From contig NC_135252.1 of NCBI RefSeq assembly GCF_964204865.1, forward strand, positions 2,728,001-2,792,000: DNA of 64,000 nucleotides. The letters run 5' to 3'. Position numbers and translations under genes: made by a program. The stretch's first letter is position 1; the number at the start of each line of letters is the position of its first letter. Positions 40,253 through 52,900 of this stretch are shown here, piece by piece. The notes beneath the pieces were generated by a model. The model searched no databases. It had not been told where the DNA came from and was given only the letters and a program-made list of their open reading frames with translations. Source of the DNA: Styela clava (Eukaryota).

Positions 40253-42918
40253 TCTTTTTCGATACGTTTTTATTTATTTCAGGTTGATGAATGTTACCCC
40301 GAGCATCATTTCTTGTTTATTTCCGTAACAATTACAAATCAGCAATAAGTTTGTTATGTTTGAATAGAAATGATAGATTTGAACATGTGAGCGAGTTTGT
40401 GAGCGCCAACTCTCCAAACCACTCGCAAAATCAGAGCTGAATATTTGGCAATAACAACGTGAATATAGGGAGAATCTTCCAGGGGTGAAGGAAACATCCA
40501 TACTGGTCAGGTTTTATTCGATTTCTATTTTGAAACCCATATTGTGGAGGAAGGCAGGAAAGAGCTTTCAGACTTTGAAAGGAAAGTGGTTATTCTTTTC
40601 AATAGTGAAAATCCGACTTTCATACATATTTCGAATGGTCATCGAAAACTTTTAATTCTCGTATTTTATTCTTATTTATTATGTGCTTTCTGGTTTGACG
40701 AAAAAATATTGACGAAATTATCTATAAATTAAAAATAAATTCTCTCTCCTCCTTTTCGCAACTATCACACGCAGAAAACACATTATGGAGGGTATTTGTC
40801 ATCATAAAAACAAGTGTACAGGACAGTGTCACGGCAAATAACATAATACAATATTCCGTCTTTCTGCGATGTTAACACGATATTTGCTACTTTATTGTTG
40901 TATGTATGTCAATATTATTGTATGTTATTAGTTTATCCGAAACTTCAATGAACAATTGTTAGCTGCTATAAAGCCCGTCTTATTCAACACTATAAGCATA
41001 AGGGATAAGATTAATATTCAATGCCATTCCGGCTTCAATAAAATGATGAAATTGACTCAGGTAAATAATAAGGGCGAACTCTCGAAAAGTATATCAGGTG
41101 ACGGCACATTTGCACCCATGTAAATTTATTTACTCACGTAAATCGCACCTGTATACTTTTGTACCCACCAAAATTTGCACTCATAGATATTTCCACCTTG
41201 AAAATTGGCACATACGCACATCTGATCCCATACTGCATACGGTTCTGTTGCCCGGGGAAAGTTTCTGATAACGATGCCACCTATTCGTATATTATCTGAT
41301 ATGCCTATATCTTCTGCTTTGGCTATTTCATGAGATAGTTGTGGTTTGGAATCGCAAAAATCTTGTCACCTGATCATCACAACGCTAACTTTAACTGGCC
41401 AAGCCTCCATGTATAGATTACACGGGTATAGATTACATGTATACAGGAGCAGAAGTAGTAAATGGAAGAATGTTCTAAAAATTGTAACCCGAATACGGTT
41501 AAGCACATTAAGTATATTACATGCGTGTCATGTATCGTATATAATATATCGTATCGAAATCGAACATTAAAGCTGGGCCTTTCGTTCTTACTCAGAAGTG
41601 AAGCAGACTCATCTCTTTCAGGCGACCACTGAAATGCTAACAGATACTGAAACTTTGATACCGTAGAATTATGGTGATAAAACAAAGTTTTACAGAAACA
41701 TTTTAGACGGTCCATGAGCTTTACGTGAAACACAAAATAGCAAATCGGAATTAGTCTAGAACTTGCTAAGACAACAGATCGAAGGTAGCCGCATACCAGA
41801 CTACATGGGAAGGCATGATGTTTTATATAAAAGCAAATATTATATTTCTTTTCCAATCGAGATCAATGGAACTTTACGCACACATGGCAAGTAAAATGCA
41901 GTCACCGAATGCTGCCTGAATCACACCAAATGTTTAAGATCTTGGAACATAAGGACTTAAAAAATATATATGTTACAATTCATTGGTATTGAACCAGTCC
42001 ACAAGTTGTATATTTCATTAATTTTGTATTTTACTTTCAACGTATTTTTCGCTATGGTGGACCAGTCGTACTAAAATTTCCAATGTTAATCCTTCTTATT
42101 TTGACAACGAACTTTTAGATTTTAACGCAATCTGGATTAAACACATGTTGGTGTAATTGATGCCTCAATTAGGAGAATTTAAGTTTGTGTCAGGTGAAGA
42201 AATTTGGAGATAGTATTGGTAAGTAAGCGATGCGGAAGGGCAAATAGATTTGAAAAAGTTGAAAAAAAAAACGATCGTCGCGGATTAGTTTGAAAAATTT
42301 AAGAGATAAGTGATTTATTTTCAATAATATATAATACTTTGATAACACTTATCTAACATCCACTCAAGTGATGCACACAATCAGTCAATGTCATATGCGG
42401 TGGTGGGATTCAACCGGTTCGCACCGGTTCTATAAAACCGTCTCAAAGAAGTTTATGAGATCAGCGAACCGGTTAGCATTATTAAAAAAAACATGTAAAT
42501 ATGACTTTTGCGATGGAACCGGCTGACAAAATATTTGAATTCCACCACTGGACATATGCATATATATACTATCAATTTAATATACATATGAAGACATTTA
42601 TATAATGTACAACCAATGTCATATGTCTTATATTCAACTCAATATACATATACAGTGACGTAAAAACACCGCCAATCCATTTCATATTCATTTACTTGCT
42701 GTATATTATGTACTGGTGCGCTTGCATCTACATGTCGCAAGCTTGGAAGTCATATTGATATAATGAGTGCGTTAAGATTAGGGTTTTAAACATAACTTTC
42801 AGGAACTCCAAAACGGCTTTTGATGGAAGTTACTTATAATAAGTGTAAAATAAATGTAATAAATTATTGTGATATCAGCATCATTTAGCTTTATATGCAT
42901 ATAACTTGGCAGTATATG

Positions 42919-45316
42919 TAGGCTTACCATAAATCTGAAACAAAAAACCGGGACGGTGCGATTTGGCAAACATTCGGTCGATTGCCAGTCTTTGTAATAT
43001 TGAAACGTCTACCATGTCATTAAGGGTATATACGGCTGTAAATCTCTACTGATCATTGAATTAGGAAAAACACAAAAAAATAGTTTGTACGAGTATTATT
43101 TATTTAGACCAAAAGTATTGTCCGCAGAGGGAACCCTTCTCAAAAATTCATGTTCTGATTTTTTCATAAAACTGATAACAAGAGACATCACCATTAAATT
43201 TGCATGTCACGAGTGCTTTTATATATTCTTCTGGCATTCTGAACCTGCTTTCGGATCAAAAAAATTTAACTATGGAGAAAATCCGTTCAACAGATGCCGA
43301 TGTTCCGGCAAACAAAATCTACGAGTTTCTGCAAATTCGAAATGCTAATATTTCTGTTAGAAAAAACGTTAAACATCTCTGTCCACTTAATTTCAACCGG
43401 CAAAGTAAGCCAAATTGCATTTGAACCATGCTCAGATAAATATCTCTTCATCGGTATTTGTCGAAAAGTGCATCGCTATTCAAAATCTGACTAGCCAACC
43501 AAACATATATATCATTTATCAATTTTGAAGACCAATCACTTCAGTCCAGTTTATTTCACCCTTCAAATTTGTCCATATGTTTGGCCTGACAGCATTGTAG
43601 GCTTCCTCATGCAGCTACGATAGACATTTCTCGTAAAAATCGCAAACATTACGTCGATTTCGCTAGAGCGTTCCAAGGATTTCAGAAGTACAAGCGATTG
43701 CGACGGAATTAACAGACTTTACCCTTTTTCTTTCAAATTTAGCTTCACCTTTGACATCTACGACAGGGATCGGCAACCTTTTGTCGATCGCGGGCCAAAA
43801 TTAAGGGTTGCGAGTCATTGGAGGGCCGCACATATTTTCAAAAGGCTCGAATAGAATATAGATTTTTTTCTTCATTGCATCTCAAAAAATTCCATTTGAA
43901 TATTTTCAGCGTCATTGAATTTGCACTTAGCATCAACTTTTCTGCGTTTTGTTGCCATTTGTCTAATTATAATTAAATTAAAGGCTCATTAAACGAGTAA
44001 TTGTGAATTATATACTTGTAAGGTAGTTCAAAAAATATAATCGTCAAAACGGCTGTTTTGTTACTATAATTCAGTGAAGCGTCACGAGCCGGATTATAAT
44101 ACTCTGCGGGCCGGATCCGGCCCGGGGGCCGTAGGTTGCCGACCCCTGATCTAAGGCATTACTATTATCTTTTTCCAAAATTAAAATAATTTTGCTGAAG
44201 TAGGTGAGCTTGCAAAGGACAAATTTCAAGTGAAGTTCGTACGTTGGAACATTTAAGCATAAGAGTAGGACATCCTTCTTGAGAATTTGAATAACTTATC
44301 AAGCTTTCAAACATTTCCGTAATCCTTTGCAAAGCAGGTAATAAAGGGAGAAACCGAGTGTTGCCATGCTGTAATAGCCGTTGATATTCAATATCAACAA
44401 AATCGCAGAATGGTTTCTGCTCTGTTACTCGGACAGTGTGAATGTAAAAATAATCATACATTCTGACAACAACACAAACAGGCAAAGTATCTACTGCATG
44501 TTGGAAAGGGCATCGCAGTGCAGTGTTGAACTACATGAGCCGCACAATCTATACCGGTTATATTTCTTTTAGTTTGAAAAAAAAGCATTATTTGTTTTTC
44601 GTCTTTTACGCCTCCAAAGTTGGTGCTGCAGTTATCCGCCCAGAATCCAACAACTTTTCCGAGAACAGAGAGCAAGTATTCAGTAAAAGTTTTGGCGGTT
44701 TCCCTGGGTAAAGATTTGAATTCTAATAGTTTTATCTTCACACCAACATCAGGTAAAAAATAACGAACCACAACTGGAACAAGCTTTAAATTTTTTCTGT
44801 TTGATGCATCGAAGGTTACTGATACGAAACTGGTTTAAAGTAAATCGTCATTAGGTTCAGAGGAGAACAGCGGAGCAATGCAATTAAAAATCACCGACTC
44901 TCATTTATTTCTGGCTAAGCGTGCAAAATCAGCGAATCCGCTTATCAGACAGCGGACATCAGAAATTCTAACTGTGTATATTTACAAGTTAACGCAAATT
45001 TAGGCTAAAGAAAAATTAATTTAGAGGTGCAGTCAAAACTTTGGCCATGAATAGCAGTGTGATAGTAAAACATATACCGATTGTGACATAATAATAGAGC
45101 AATTTCTCTCTCTCTCTGAACTAGCGAAGTGTGCCGCAAACAGTGGTAAATGGACTGCCACCGTTGAAAAAAAATAGTAATAATAATGAATATGAATTTT
45201 TTACCCACGACAGTCGTGCTGACAAACCGGGACATTTGAGTCAACTGGCCGGGACGCCGGGACAGCTCGTCAAAGCCGGGACTGTCCCGGCTAAACCGGG
45301 ACGTATGGTAAGCCTA
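42919..45316 (-). mobile_element. hAT (Blackjack-like) element with decayed transposase, present only in unit 1
   Basis: 13-bp TIR TAGGCTTACCATA; exact TSD AGTATATG (42911-42918, 45317-45324); empty site at 52732-52739; CCGGGAC subterminal repeats; fragments ADNCSTNFGG, GIDCAAHVV (CxxH), HGNTRFL. Confidence 0.93.
43764..44148. mobile_element. Charlie-type MITE nested in the Blackjack-like element
   Basis: TIR cagggatcggcaacct ... aggttgccgacccctg; near-TSD atctacga / atctaagg; related inverted copy at ~39460-39879. Confidence 0.8.
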
Positions 45317-45934
45317 AGTATATGTGTGGCACGTTACCAAGCCTATCGCCGATGGCCGTGGGACTAGTTCACCGAAGACAGATTTTCAATGGTGTTGTTA
45401 TGACCATTACGTCTACTCATATTTTCCTATTTTAGATATTGGCCGTTCCGGAATTTTCGCAAGCGTTTTTAACGAACTCGTCGTATGGGCTGTTTTGGAG
45501 TATTATGTTTTCCATATATCTGTCCATCCGCATAGGACTGCAGATTTTTCATGTATATATCGCAATGTGCATATGTATGTTCATTGTGGAGGCAACCGCA
45601 TCTGCAGCATACACATACAGTGCATGTTTATGAAATGAGTTGGCTTTGTTTGTACATTCACCCAAATGGCTGTATTTGTATATTGAATTGTATGCACATG
45701 CATATGACTTTGACAGTATATGTATGCTGTATTTGGTTGGCGGTATATATATGTATATTCTTATCTGTCTATGTATGTAAAGTTCCCGTGCATGAAAATG
45801 ATATTGAGGAGTGGAATGAGAGAAATCTACTAAGTTCATGAAAGCGCAAACTTGGAAAGGGTTCCAGGAAGTTCCGCGGAATACAAACACAAAATACAAT
45901 TATAATAAAGTAATGATGATTTATTGAATTATTA

Positions 45935-46322
45935 CTTATCGATCTTAAGATCGGTAAGTATATTGATAGGTATTTGTCTGTATGTCTGTCTGTCTGTGTG
46001 TGTGTCTGTTAGATGCATGCGATATCTCACGAAAGCGAGATTGAATCTGCTCCAGATTTTGCATGTGCATTCATCTTATCTTGGACCAGAAGCCTATTGA
46101 TTTTGGGCGAATTATGTCGTATAATTAGCGAGTTATCAATCAATTATTGATATAGTGATCTAGATTTTTGTAAAGCGAGAGAATTTTGAAACCCGCCGAG
46201 TGTGTGTGTGCGATGCGCAGTGCGCAAGTTACAAGAGCGGATGAATCGAAACTGCAGTTTCTGCTTTGGGGGAACCCCTAACTATCGATCGATAAGTCTT
46301 CGGTTTCCAACCGATATTCTCG
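45935..46322 (+). mobile_element. HINE/DINE-1-like element downstream of the intact homeobox gene
   Basis: 5' cttatcgatc and 3' gatcgataag subterminal inverted repeats, (TGTC)n/(TG)n microsatellites, 3' hairpin tcggtttccaaccga; absent at the paralogous site ~53339-53349. Confidence 0.8.
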
Positions 46323-46427
46323 TTGAATTATTATATATTGAAAACTTTTGACAAAAAATCTGTACAAAAATGGAATAAGAAACGGCGGAACTTTAATTTT
46401 ATGACGTATATATAAGTAATCTTATGA

Positions 46428-47408
46428 TTATCTTATTGCTTCACGTTTGAGAACATCTAGTTTGTTGTTTTCTTCTTTAAGTTGACGCTTGTTGTCATTT
46501 CTGTACTTGATTCTTCTGTTTTGGAACCAGATTTTTACTTGCGCGTCTGTGAGTCTGAGCTTATTGGCAAGCGCCCGTCTTTCAATACCAACTATGTATT
46601 GCTGGCTGTTGAACTCATTTTCCAAATGCTCCAGTTGTTTTTGAGTAAACACGGTCCTTGCTCGTTTTGACTTTAATTTCTGAGGTTTAGGATTTGATGA
46701 ATAAAAACACACATTTGGCTTAATATCTTTGCCGACTGAACGTTTTGTCTCAATAGGTACATACGAAATTGACGGTAGTTTATGATACATCCAATTTTGC
46801 TGCACAACTTTGCTTAATCCTGGATGGAAATAGTATGAATCATTGGTATACTTATACATATGACTGTAGCATTTTGTAGGTGGTATATATCCGTTGCTTC
46901 TTATTTTGGGTCGAGGTGATTGAGATAGAGCAGACTGACTGTGGCTCGATTCTGGTCGTGATTTATTGGGATCACTGCCATAAATTTCACTGCCATTTCC
47001 ATCCGTTCTAGTAATATTCAATTCGTCGACATCTTCAAATGACGAAAATCCCGAATCAAGTGAATCGTCTTCTCTTATTGTTGGCGGAGTATTTTGAAGT
47101 TTTCTTTTTTTGCTTGGGCTTTCGGTCGAATGTCCCAGTATTGCGTCAATTGTGAATAGGGTATGCTTCTTCTTGTTTCGGTGGTTGTTGAACTTTGCGA
47201 CTGGTTTGCAGTAAATTGATGAGTGGCAGATTTTGCTCTTCTGATTTACAACGGTAACTTTCATTGAATCTGAAACATCATCCGAAGAAAATTTTCTTTT
47301 TCTTGTGGTAATTTCTTCTAAATCTGAAACGCCTGCGTAATTGAAGCGAAGAAATGGCGTCCATTGAGCATTTGAGAGAGCTTGGTAAGGATGGCGATAA
47401 GAAATCAT
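46428..47408 (-). CDS. Not: Not-class (Noto-like) ANTP/NKL homeobox protein, intronless, 326 aa
   Basis: eh1 motif FTIDAILG; homeodomain KSKRARTVFTQKQLEHLENEFNSQQYIVGIERRALANKLRLTDAQVKIWFQNRRIKYRN. QQYxVG and RRIK favour Not over Emx/Vax. Confidence 0.85.
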   Translation of the reverse strand: MISYRHPYQALSNAQWTPFLRFNYAGVSDLEEITTRKRKFSSDDVSDSMKVTVVNQKSKICHSSIYCKPVAKFNNHRNKKKHTLFTIDAILGHSTESPSKKRKLQNTPPTIREDDSLDSGFSSFEDVDELNITRTDGNGSEIYGSDPNKSRPESSHSQSALSQSPRPKIRSNGYIPPTKCYSHMYKYTNDSYYFHPGLSKVVQQNWMYHKLPSISYVPIETKRSVGKDIKPNVCFYSSNPKPQKLKSKRARTVFTQKQLEHLENEFNSQQYIVGIERRALANKLRLTDAQVKIWFQNRRIKYRNDNKRQLKEENNKLDVLKREAIR

Positions 47409-47469
47409 TTCGTATAGTTCTTGATATTGTCTTGTTTTTCCAATGAATGACTTTCTATAGAATGATCGA

Positions 47470-47850
47470 TGTTTATATATTACATTTTGATACTGAATAA
47501 AATGACAATTATCATACGATTGATTAAACTTATCTGGAGCCGATCATTACTGAATTAGCCTCAAATCTATAAGTATCTGCTAGCACTTATCTAATATAAC
47601 AAATATAACAACTGATAAGGTTTATTAACGTTTGATCATCCTAACATATTAATTGTTCCTTATCTAATGTAAATCACCACAGCTCTAGCCTCTGAAGATA
47701 TTAGGTTAATTAGGGGACAAAAATATTTGATTACAAGTTATCATAAAAGATCAAAAGATTTTTAAGAAGAGTCGTATGACAACCAGTCGAATTCTAATCC
47801 TGCATCATCTGGAATCATATGTATTAAAAATTTCCCCCGAAAAGGGCTGG
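47470..47850 (-). promoter_or_regulatory. Not proximal promoter: TATA-like box and GATA-site cluster
   Basis: TATATAAA on the - strand near 47472-47479; WGATAA sites near 47508, 47530, 47587, 47614, 47659 and 47737; several retained in the diverged copy at 55826-56091. Confidence 0.5.
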
Positions 47851-47959
47851 TACATTTTTTTTCGTGCAATCTGTCATATAAACACATATGAAGAGATTTA
47901 CCACTGACAGGGTGCGAGCCTTCAGTATATATATTGTTTATTTTTGTGCACTTGTTTCA

Positions 47960-49540
47960 AAACTCCAAGACATTGAAGTGGAAAGACATTTATCTTCAGC
48001 AGCTTTTATGTTTTCTTGAGTTGGCTTACATAGCATTCCATCGTGTGGTAAATACATAGAAACTTTTAGTTTGTTACCACGCGCAAAACTTTTTTAAAGT
48101 CTTCGCGAGCGTTGGCAATTCTATCTGGTTTGGCTAAAATTATGTCCAGCTTACCGCCCTTTGGGACATTTCCAAGTAGATGTTTATCTATTTCGAAGAC
48201 GTCTTTTGACGAGTAGCCATGTAAAAGTTCCAAAAGCTTTTTTTCCCGTTATGTCCTTGTAATCGTTCTCCATTAAGCCATTTTTCTTTGAAAACTTCCG
48301 ATGCTCTGAATTCAATATTTCCACCCCTGTTCTAGTGTGTTTTCCAATGAATGGCGCCCATTCAAGCAAATTAGGAATAATTTGAAAACGTGGTATATCC
48401 CTCGGATAAAATCCAGGAATAAGCATATCAATCTCCACATTTTCCCAAAAACTTTGACAGTGACGGCCTTGTTTTCGTCGTAGTGATCGAGCACAGATAA
48501 AGACGTGACTGGACATTTAAAATTTACTTTTTTGTTAAGATCTATGATTACTAATTTTGGGATGATACCCACAAATACCACGGTGGAACAAAACAGGTGG
48601 GCACTATTCAGGCTATCGAAATTCAAAAAAGCATTCGCAATTTTCTGAGAATTTAGATCAGTTTTGATTCGCGAAGAAAGGGCGTTCACAAAATTTCCAA
48701 TGGGCAAATGCTGCATGAGAAAGTCTTTGATAAAATAGCAAATTTCCGAGTCACAAGAAATGATATTAAAATCATGTAATCCATCTGTAAATTCTTGGTA
48801 GCGGTAACATACTATGCATTTTGGACATTCTTTGTAATAAGTCGATATATCACAAAGAAGTTCAGTCATTTCAAATATTATTGCATGTTTAGTGATTAAA
48901 ATCGTGTTTTGTAAATCCAAATCACAATAAAAGCATTTTGTTTCGACTGGATATACTTTGTAAGATATATCTTTCTGGATGTACGATGTCTGACCAAATA
49001 TGATATATATACGTTTTTATTAATACTGGCACAGTTTTTTTAGAATTTGTGTATCGAAAGGTGGATAGTATTTTAAAAATTGTGATGGTGCAGAACACCA
49101 ACGGTTTTATGATTGTCTTCGATTAGGTTATCTAAAACCTTCAAAAAAAAAAGTGATTTTGAACTAAATACCACATACAAACACACGAGTGATTTTTTTG
49201 CATCATCTACAATCCAGGTTACCTTCGTGAATATTGGCCGTGAGGATAATTCTACCAAATTTGGAATAATAGGTATATTCACCATTATATAACGAAAACC
49301 TGACAAATCTTGTTGATTCGTGAATTGCATAAAACAATTTTGATTTGGTATTTAATGACATCTTTTTTTGAGATCTAGACATTGTTCCGATTTCGTGTGC
49401 TTGATAATTTTGTGTTTGCCGTCGATCGAGAGGGCGGATGAATAAGTGTCATTTAGTGTCTTTGCGTCTTGATACTTTGTATCAACACCCACAAGTCCTA
49501 AATGTCTGCATTCTGTACCAGTCATACCAATGCGCCATGC
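47960..49540 (-). pseudogene. Decayed HMGXB3-like / KDZ-type (CxC5-like) transposase-related sequence; partial second copy at ~54980-55800
   Basis: Frameshifted fragments ETKCFICD...YYKECPKCIVCYRYQEFTDGLHDFN and ICGYHP...DLNKKVNFK resemble the cysteine-cluster region of HMGXB3/KDZ proteins (recognised from memory, not by search). Confidence 0.55.
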
Positions 49541-49654
49541 CATTTACATTATGTATTATGACGTAATAGATTGGCGCCTATTGGGCTTTTATCAAGAACT
49601 ACGCGCCCCGGCAGTTTTATACTTTCTACCACCAAGCGTGAATTTGATTATTTT

Positions 49655-49705
49655 GTGCTCAAGTTGTTTTTGAGTGAACACGGTTCTTGCTCGTTTCGAC
49701 TTTAA
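49655..49705 (-). pseudogene. 51-bp relic of a third Not homeobox
   Basis: Reads LKSKRARTVFTQKQLEH; five nucleotide differences from the intact gene, all synonymous. Confidence 0.85.
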
Positions 49706-49979
49706 TTCACAGTACACACCATTTCAGATTGAAAAAGAGACATATCACATAATAAGAAATTGATGTTTGGGATCCATATGCAATAATTGATTCAGATGCA
49801 TTGTGCACTGACTCTAGTATTCTCGGTGTTCAATTAGAAAACTTATAGGCAGGGATCTCGAATTCGAATTTAATATTAATATAGCGACCTTCGAATATCG
49901 TTTTCGTGTTTAAAAGAATATAGAATGTCGCCCACATATTCTGGCGCCGCCACCCTACGTTTTAATTGAAAACACTCTT

Positions 49980-52900
49980 TGAATATTTGGCAATAACAAC
50001 GTGAATATAGGGAGAATCTTCCAGGGGTGAAGGAAACATCCATACTGGTCAGGTTTTATTCGATTTCTATTTTGAAACCCATATTGTGGAGGAAGGCAAG
50101 AAAGAGCTTTCAGACTTTGAAAGGAAAGTGGTTATTCTTTTCAATAGTGAAAATCCGACTTCCATACATATTTCGAATGGTCATCGAAAACTTTTAATTC
50201 TCGTATTTTATTCTTATTTATTTATTATGTGTTTTCTGGTTTGACGAAAAAATATTGACGAAATTATCTATATTGCAAGTTGCAACTATCACACAGAAGA
50301 CACATTATGCAAACAACGACTGAAGAAAAGCTGCACTACAAATATGATAACATGCAGATCATGCATATGGTTTGACGAAAAAATAAATTCTCTCTCCTCC
50401 TTTTCACAACTATCACACGCAGAAAATACATTATGGAGGGCATTTGTCATCATAAAAACAAGTGTACAGGACAGTGTCACGGCAAATAACATAATACAAT
50501 ATTCCGTCTTTCTGCGATGTTAACACGATATTTGCTACTTTATTGTTGTATGTATGTCAATATTAGTGTATGTTATTAGTTTATCCGAAACTTCAATGGA
50601 CAATTGTTAGCTGCTATATAGCCCGTCTTATTCAACACTATAAGCATAAGGAATAAGATTAATGTTCAATGCCATTCCGGCTACAATAAAATGATGAAAT
50701 TGACTCAGGTAAATAATAAGGGCGAACTCGCGAAAAGTTTATCAGGTGACGGCACATTTGCACCCATGTAAATTTATTTACTCACGTAAATCGCACCTGT
50801 ATACTTTTGCACCCACCAACATTTGCACTCATAGATATTTCCACCTTGAAAATTTGCACATACGCACATCTGATCCCATACTGCATACGTTTCTGTTGCC
50901 CGGGGAAAGTTTCTGATAACGATGCCACCTATTCGTATATTATCTGATATGCCTATATCTTCTGCTTTGGCTATTTCATGAGATAGTTGTGGTTTGGAAT
51001 CGCAAAAATCTTGTCACCTGATCATCACAACGCTAACTTTAACTGGCCAAGCCTCCATGTATAGATTACACGGGTATAGATTACATATATACAGGGGCAG
51101 AAGAAGTAGTAAATGGAAGAATGTTCTAAAAATTGTAACCCGAATACGGTTAAGCACATTAAGTATATTACATGCGTGTCATGTATCGTATATAATATAT
51201 CGTATCGAAATCGAATATTAAAGCTGGGCCTTTCGTTCTTACTCAGAAGTGAAGCAGACTCATCTCTTTCAGGCGACCACTGAAATGCTAACAGATACTG
51301 AAACTTTGATACCGTAGAATTATGGTGATAAAACAAAGTTTTACAGAAACATTTTAGACGGTCCATGAGCTTTACGTGAAACACAAAATAGCAAATCGGA
51401 ATTAGTCTAGAGCTTGCTAAGACGACAGATCGAAGGTAGCCGCATACCAGACTACATAGGAAGGCATGATGTTTGATATAAAAGCAAATATTATATTTCT
51501 TTTTCAATCGAGATCAATGGAACTTTACGCACACATGGCAAGTAAAATGCAGTCACCGAATGCTGCCTGAATCACACCAAATGTTTAAGATCTTGGAACA
51601 TAAGGACTTAAAAAATATATATGTTACAATTCATTGGTATTGAACCAGTCCACAAGTTGTATATTTCATTAATTTTGTATTTTACTTTCAACGTATTTTT
51701 CGCTATGGTGGACCAGTCGTACTAAAATTTCCAATGTTAATCCTTCTTATTTTGACAACGAACTTTTAGATTTTAACGCAATCTGGATTAAACACATGTT
51801 GGTGTAATTGATGCCTCAATTAGGAGAATTTAAGTTTGTGTCAGGTGGAGAAATTTGTAGATAGTATTGGTAAGTAAGCGATGCAGAAGGGCAAATAGAT
51901 TTGAGAAAGTTGAAAAAAAAAAACGATCGTCGCGGATTAGATGAAAAATTTAAGAGATAAGTGATTTATTTTCAATAATATATAATACTTTGATAACACT
52001 TATCTAATAGGCCTATAATCAAAAATATACATATAGCGCCAACTAAATATGCATATATATATATGCCTACAGCCAATTAATATACAAATACAGTCATTTT
52101 GGTGATGTACATATACAGCCAATGCAATATGCTCATATGGAGTACGCCATATACTTATACATCCACTCAAGTGATGCACACAATCAGCCAATGTCATATG
52201 CGGTGGTGGGATTCAACCGGTTCGCACCGGTTCTATAAAACCGTCTCAAAGAAGTTTATGAGATCAGCGAACCGGTTAGCATTATCAAAAAAAACATGTA
52301 ACAGAACCGGCCGAAAAATATGACTTTTGTGATGGAACCGGCTGACAAAATATTTGAATTCTACCACTGGACATATGCATATATATATACTATCAATTTA
52401 ATATACATATGAAGACATTTATATAATGTACAACCAATGTCATATGTCTTATATTCAACTCAATATACATATACAGTGATGTAAAAACACCGCCAATCCA
52501 TTTCATATTCATTTACTTGCTGTAAATTATGTACTGATGCGCTTGCATCTACAAGTCGCAAGCTTGGAAGTCATATTGATATAATGAGTGCGTTAAGATT
52601 AGGGTTTTAAACATAACTTTCAGGAACTCCAAAACGGCTTTTGATGGAAGTTACTTATAATAAGTGTAAAATAAATGTAATAAATTATTGTGATATCAGC
52701 ATCATTTAGCTCTATATGCATATAACTTGGCAGTATATGTGTGGCACGTTACCAAGCCTATCGCCGATGGCCGTGGGACTAGTTCACCGAAGACAGATTT
52801 TCAATGGTGTTGTTATGACCATTACGTCTACTCATATTTTCCTATTTTAGATATTGGCCGTTCCGGAATTTTCGCAAGCGTTTTTAACGAACTCGTCGTA

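Larger units (their letters stand above)
40439..48772. repeat. Tandem segmental duplication, unit 1
   Basis: Collinear with 49980-55801 from gaatatttggcaataacaacg to tattaaaatca, apart from two unit-1-specific insertions and small indels. Confidence 0.95.

Noticed and set aside
41346-41856. 159/160-aa and 74/75-aa ORFs conserved in both duplicated units, and the 45324-45899 / 52727-53314 ORFs
   Set aside because: Conservation only reflects the recent duplication; non-ATG starts or low-complexity composition and no domain.
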